39,292 nt of DNA, taken from the NCBI GenBank assembly GCA_043804895.1, contig JAZDIN010000068.1:1-39292 (forward strand), given 5' to 3'. This DNA is from Candidatus Altiarchaeota archaeon. GTDB lineage: Archaea; Altiarchaeota; Altiarchaeia; IMC4; SCGC-AAA252-I15. The translations under genes and the position numbers were made by a program. This document shows, piece by piece, positions 35,495-39,292 of this stretch. Each line of letters begins with the position of its first letter. Position 1 is the stretch's first letter. The notes beneath the pieces were generated by a model. It saw only the letters and a program-made list of their open reading frames with translations, searched no databases and had not been told where the DNA came from.

Positions 35495-36748
35495 ATGGTT
35501 TTTGAGCGTCCGCGTGGTGTGCGCGATTTCGGGCCTGATGAGATGCGCGGACGGTTACACGCGGAGTCCACGATATCCAGGGTGTTCGAGTCTTTCGGTT
35601 ACAGGCGGGTTCAGACCCCGACTTTCGAGTTCCTTGAGCTTTTTGAGCTGAAATCCGGGAGTGACATCAGGGAGCACCTGTTCGTCTTCGACGACAAAGG
35701 AGGCAGGAAACTGTGCCTGCGTCCTGAGGCGACTGCGCAGGTGGCGAGGATGTACGCGTCTGAATTGAGAAGCCTGCCTAAGCCGCTTAGAGTATGTTAC
35801 CTGAGCCAGATGTTCCGATATGAGGAGCCGCAGAAGGGCCGTTACCGTGAGTTCTGGCAGGCTGGGGTTGAGCTACTCGGCGTCTCAGGAGCGGAGGCTG
35901 ACGCGGAGGTAGTCTGCCTTGCAGCGGAGTGCCTTAAGAGGCTTGGCCTAAGGTTTAAGCTGAGGGTCAGCCACATCGGCGTGTTGAGGAGGCTCCTTGC
36001 ACTCCAAGGTCTGGAGGCAGCAGAGCAGGATGATGTGATACACCTCTTGGACAGGGGAGACTTCAAGTCAGTGGAAGGCCGCATAAAGGATGAGTCGTTC
36101 AAGAAGATTCTGGGTTTGAGGGGTTTAAGGGATGTCGTAGGTTCAGCCAGTGAGCTGGTTTCTGATGCAGGAGTGAAAGCGACGCTGGAGGAGTTGGATA
36201 AGACGCTCACACTACTCGACTTCGCTAGGGTGGATTATGAGGTCGACTTCAGCATGGCCCGCGGACTCGACTACTACACTGGGATGGTGTTCGACGTGAG
36301 GGTGGAAGGCCTTGGAGCGCAGAATCAGGTGTGCGGAGGAGGAAGATACGACAACCTGATAGAGCTGTTCGGGGGGCCTCAGACTCCTGCAGTGGGGTTC
36401 GCATTCGGCTTAGACAGGATACTGGAGTCGATGCAGGAGCAGGGTGCTGATATTCCTAAAGCTGAAACTGACGTGTATGTTGTGCCAATCTCGGATGATA
36501 TGCGGGGGGAGGCTTTCAGGATTGCAGTTGAGTTGCGCCGGAAGATGCCAGATTGCACTGTCGAGTATGAACTCTCCGGAAGGAAACTGAATAAGGCGCT
36601 CCAGCACGCGAGCGAAATAAACGCAAGATACGCGGTCATCGTCGGAGCCACCGAGCTGAAGGAACAGTCTGTGATGTTGAAAGACTTGAAGACGCAAAAA
36701 CAGGACAAAGTCAAGATTACTGAACTAAGCTCCAAGATCATGCACTAG
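35495..36748 (+). CDS. hisS: Histidine--tRNA ligase
   Basis: RPRGVRDF, TPTFE, LRPEATA, FRYEEPQKGRYREFWQ, RGLDYYTG, GGGRYD, anticodon-binding domain. Confidence 0.97.
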   Translation: MVFERPRGVRDFGPDEMRGRLHAESTISRVFESFGYRRVQTPTFEFLELFELKSGSDIREHLFVFDDKGGRKLCLRPEATAQVARMYASELRSLPKPLRVCYLSQMFRYEEPQKGRYREFWQAGVELLGVSGAEADAEVVCLAAECLKRLGLRFKLRVSHIGVLRRLLALQGLEAAEQDDVIHLLDRGDFKSVEGRIKDESFKKILGLRGLRDVVGSASELVSDAGVKATLEELDKTLTLLDFARVDYEVDFSMARGLDYYTGMVFDVRVEGLGAQNQVCGGGRYDNLIELFGGPQTPAVGFAFGLDRILESMQEQGADIPKAETDVYVVPISDDMRGEAFRIAVELRRKMPDCTVEYELSGRKLNKALQHASEINARYAVIVGATELKEQSVMLKDLKTQKQDKVKITELSSKIMH

Positions 36749-37233
36749 CCTATGGGACCCCATATGACTCCGTTGCTCGCATGGTCGAGGCCTGATGCGG
36801 GGTTCGCGTACGCTATCGTCAGGTCGACCTTGTAATAGTTCCCTATCTCGGCATTAGAAGCTAGCTTACAGCCTGTGAATGTGATTGTGGTAGTCGCACC
36901 AGGCCTGAAACCGGGCGGTATAGAGCCGACCAACGGGTCGCATGAGCCGTCGCCGCTAAAACCTACCGTGACTTTTGCAATGGTGCCACTGGCATCCAAG
37001 TCGACAAGGGTGCCGGCATTGTTCTGGACAACAACTGAGAGAACACCGGTTTGACTCATCCCCCAGTCGAGCGGCGTCACCTGGCTGAATCCCCTCTTGT
37101 CAGGGGTGACATTGCGGCCGAGCTCGAGGAAACCGAGCTGCCACACTACCACACCAACAACCAGGATGACAATCAAAGCCCACCCGTAGGTGAGAAGATA
37201 CTCGACAGCACTCTGACCCCGACTAGACCTCAT
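36745..37233 (-). CDS. Class III signal-peptide (type IV pilin-like) protein 3
   Basis: RG/QSAVEYLLTYGWALIVILVVGVVVWQLG (Q+1, E+5); C-terminal HASNGVIWGP. Confidence 0.85.
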   Translation of the reverse strand: MRSSRGQSAVEYLLTYGWALIVILVVGVVVWQLGFLELGRNVTPDKRGFSQVTPLDWGMSQTGVLSVVVQNNAGTLVDLDASGTIAKVTVGFSGDGSCDPLVGSIPPGFRPGATTTITFTGCKLASNAEIGNYYKVDLTIAYANPASGLDHASNGVIWGPIG

Positions 37234-37281
37234 AGTAAACCATTAAAGAAAAGAAGAATAAAAGAGAAAGTAAGAGGCCTT

Positions 37282-37827
37282 CTACTCGTAGGGGCCTCTT
37301 AACGTTCCACTGTCAGTATGAGATACAGTCTGGTCGCCGATTGTCGCAGTATAGTCGATGCTAACCTTAGCGTTGTAGACTGCGGCTTTCTTAGCGCCGG
37401 CTGGTAAGCCAGTGGGGGTACAAACAGTGAGGTCTATCCCTATTCCAATGTTATCTCCAGAGGGTACATCGACTTGGCCAGAAGAATAGTCACCTGCGCC
37501 GGGGCCGCCGCCAACTGGGACTCCACCAACGCTAGCCTTACAGGGAGCCGCACCATCAACGGTTACGGTCACATCGTTGATGATGATTTTCGTCCCGATA
37601 CCATTTGTAAATACTCCGGTGAACATCCCAGTAGAGCTAACTCCAGAGCCGGCGAGTTGTGGCTTGATTTTGGAGAATCCGGTGAATGTGACTGTTCCCC
37701 CGCCCATGTTGAATATGCCAAGCTGCCACATTGCAATACCGACTACCATGACCACGAGTATGGCCCACCCATACGTCATGAGATATTCCATCGCGCTCTG
37801 TCCTTTCCTTCCGAACATGTTTTTCAC
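37282..37827 (-). CDS. Class III signal-peptide (type IV pilin-like) protein 2
   Basis: KG/QSAMEYLMTYGWAILVVMVVGIAMWQLG; C-terminal HTDSGTLRGPYE; GAGGTG SD-like start region. Confidence 0.88.
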   Translation of the reverse strand: MKNMFGRKGQSAMEYLMTYGWAILVVMVVGIAMWQLGIFNMGGGTVTFTGFSKIKPQLAGSGVSSTGMFTGVFTNGIGTKIIINDVTVTVDGAAPCKASVGGVPVGGGPGAGDYSSGQVDVPSGDNIGIGIDLTVCTPTGLPAGAKKAAVYNAKVSIDYTATIGDQTVSHTDSGTLRGPYE

Positions 37828-38343
37828 CTCACATGAAAACTACTTATGTTATTGAGACGGGCCGTTTAAAAATGCCAGCATTCACTCGAAGGGCCCCCTG
37901 ATTCTCCCAGATTCTGTGTGTTTCGTTACTGTTCCGCCGACTTCCACGTAATAGGGCATAGACACGACGAGGCTGTACACTTCCCCCGGGTTCCCAGTCG
38001 GGCATGCGCCGCCGGAGGCCATTAACACGAAGTTAATGCCCTTCTGTATGTTCTTGCGGGGCGTGTACTCGACGTTGGCGCATACGCTCGCGGGGTTCCC
38101 CTCCAGGTATATTGCCGCGCCTGTGGTCATGCTGAGTGTAGTCCCAAGGCCGTTCGTGAACACGGCCGTGAAAACGCCTGAATGGTCTAAGCCGGTTCCG
38201 GCGAGTTGCGGCTTGATTTTGGCGAAGCCGGTGGCCGTAATACTGGTTCCGCCCATGTTGAATATGCCCAGCTGCCACATTGCAATACCGACTACCATGA
38301 CCACGAGTATGGCCCACCCGTAGGTCATGAGATACTCCATCGC
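37700..38343. repeat. 95-bp direct repeat (37700-37794 and 38249-38343) encoding the pilin N-terminal helix
   Basis: 91 of 95 positions identical by manual alignment; all four mismatches are synonymous. Confidence 0.9.
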
Positions 38344-38370
38344 TGCCTGAGCCTTAGACTGTAATTCCAT
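37882..38370 (-). CDS. Class III signal-peptide (type IV pilin-like) protein 1
   Basis: KA/QAAMEYLMTYGWAILVVMVVGIAMWQLG; C-terminal HTESGRIRGPFE. Confidence 0.88.
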   Translation of the reverse strand: MELQSKAQAAMEYLMTYGWAILVVMVVGIAMWQLGIFNMGGTSITATGFAKIKPQLAGTGLDHSGVFTAVFTNGLGTTLSMTTGAAIYLEGNPASVCANVEYTPRKNIQKGINFVLMASGGACPTGNPGEVYSLVVSMPYYVEVGGTVTKHTESGRIRGPFE

Positions 38371-38418
38371 GGTAAGTAATTATAAGGGGAAGATATAAAT
38401 CTATTGTAGGTGTATCTG

Positions 38419-39292
38419 ATGTACAGGGAGAAGAGTGTCGGAGTTGTGGTGCCGGCATACAATGAGGAGAAGCTGGTGGCTGAGGCCGTGAGGTCGATGC
38501 CGGAGTATGTGGACAGGATATTCCTCGTCGATGACGGAAGCACAGACGGTACTTTGAAGGTGGCACAGAGTCTGAGAATCCCGAAGCTGACTGTAATCCG
38601 CCATGAGACTAACAGGGGAGTTGGCGCGGCGTTAGCATCAGGCTACAAAGCCGCGCTGGAGAAAGGCTGCGAGCTAGTGGCCGTGTTGGCAGGCGACGGC
38701 CAGATGGACCCATCCAGGTTAACTGAACTCCTTGACCCGCTCATCGACGGCGAGGCGGACTACACTAAAGGAAACCGCCTCATGAGTCCGGCTGTTAGGG
38801 AGGGGATGCCGGTTTTAAGGCTTTTGGGCAATTCGCTCCTTTCGTTCCTGACGAAAGTCTCGTCAGGCTACTGGGACATCATGGACCCGCAGAACGGCTA
38901 CACTGCAACGACAAGGCAGGTTTTGGAGACGATCCCGTTGGACGGCGTGTATCCGAGATACGGCTACCCGAATGACCTGCTAATCAAGCTGAACGCGTAC
39001 CACTTCAGGGTGTTGGACGTCGTAATGCCCCCGAGATACGGCAGCGAGAAGTCGAAGATTAGGCTGTGGAGCTATGTGCCGACAGTCTCAATACTCCTGG
39101 TGAGGGGATTCCTCTGGAGGCTTAAGGAGAAATACGTCCTACAGGCCTTCCACCCGCTCGTGTTCTTCTACCTTATGGGGTTGACGCTGGTTCCTGTTGG
39201 CGTACTCTCCGGATTCTACATGCTCTACCTGAGGGTACACGTGGGGGGGATAACCGCAGCCAGCGTCCTCATACCCATATTCCTCATAACAG
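38419..39292 (+). CDS. Glycosyltransferase family 2 (DPM-synthase-like), runs off the window; absent from the supplied ORF track
   Basis: Manual translation: MYREKSVGVVVPAYNEEKL...VDDGSTDGT...HETNRGVG...AGDGQMDP...KGNR...DPQNGYTA; C-terminal TM segments; no stop before the window end. Confidence 0.92.
   Translation, partial: MYREKSVGVVVPAYNEEKLVAEAVRSMPEYVDRIFLVDDGSTDGTLKVAQSLRIPKLTVIRHETNRGVGAALASGYKAALEKGCELVAVLAGDGQMDPSRLTELLDPLIDGEADYTKGNRLMSPAVREGMPVLRLLGNSLLSFLTKVSSGYWDIMDPQNGYTATTRQVLETIPLDGVYPRYGYPNDLLIKLNAYHFRVLDVVMPPRYGSEKSKIRLWSYVPTVSILLVRGFLWRLKEKYVLQAFHPLVFFYLMGLTLVPVGVLSGFYMLYLRVHVGGITAASVLIPIFLIT

Overview
A gene-dense archaeal chromosomal segment. TBP, archaellins, archaeosine TGT, archaeal PolB with a PIP box, XPD and class III signal-peptide pilins support the archaeal call. 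The Thr/Cys-rich surface proteins and gene mix resemble Altiarchaeota/DPANN-type genomes, but that placement is inference. Housekeeping genes (tbp, smc, tgtA, xpd, dapF, polB, hisS, FKBP PPIase, class II HMG-CoA reductase) are interleaved with four accessory groups. (i) Three type II toxin-antitoxin pairs, a solitary PIN gene and a probable antitoxin fragment fused to XPD. (ii) A surface repertoire: two ~90% identical archaellin genes as direct repeats around a ZIP transporter, three tandem pilins with near-identical N-termini and divergent cores, and three secreted Cys-rich/Thr-linker repeat proteins. (iii) Bacterial-type catabolic genes (tyrosine phenol-lyase, an atypical acyl-CoA dehydrogenase). 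(iv) Stand-alone orphans: one with a complete JAMM/MPN+ motif, one with an internal domain duplication and one HEAT-like. I found no tRNA, rRNA, CRISPR array, transposase, integrase or reverse transcriptase. No complete new system is demonstrated. The best leads are the JAMM orphan and its fellow orphans, the variable filament/disulfide-repeat surface repertoire, and the LarE/YkgJ/PurM-fold cluster. All assignments come from motif recognition by eye; no searches were run.
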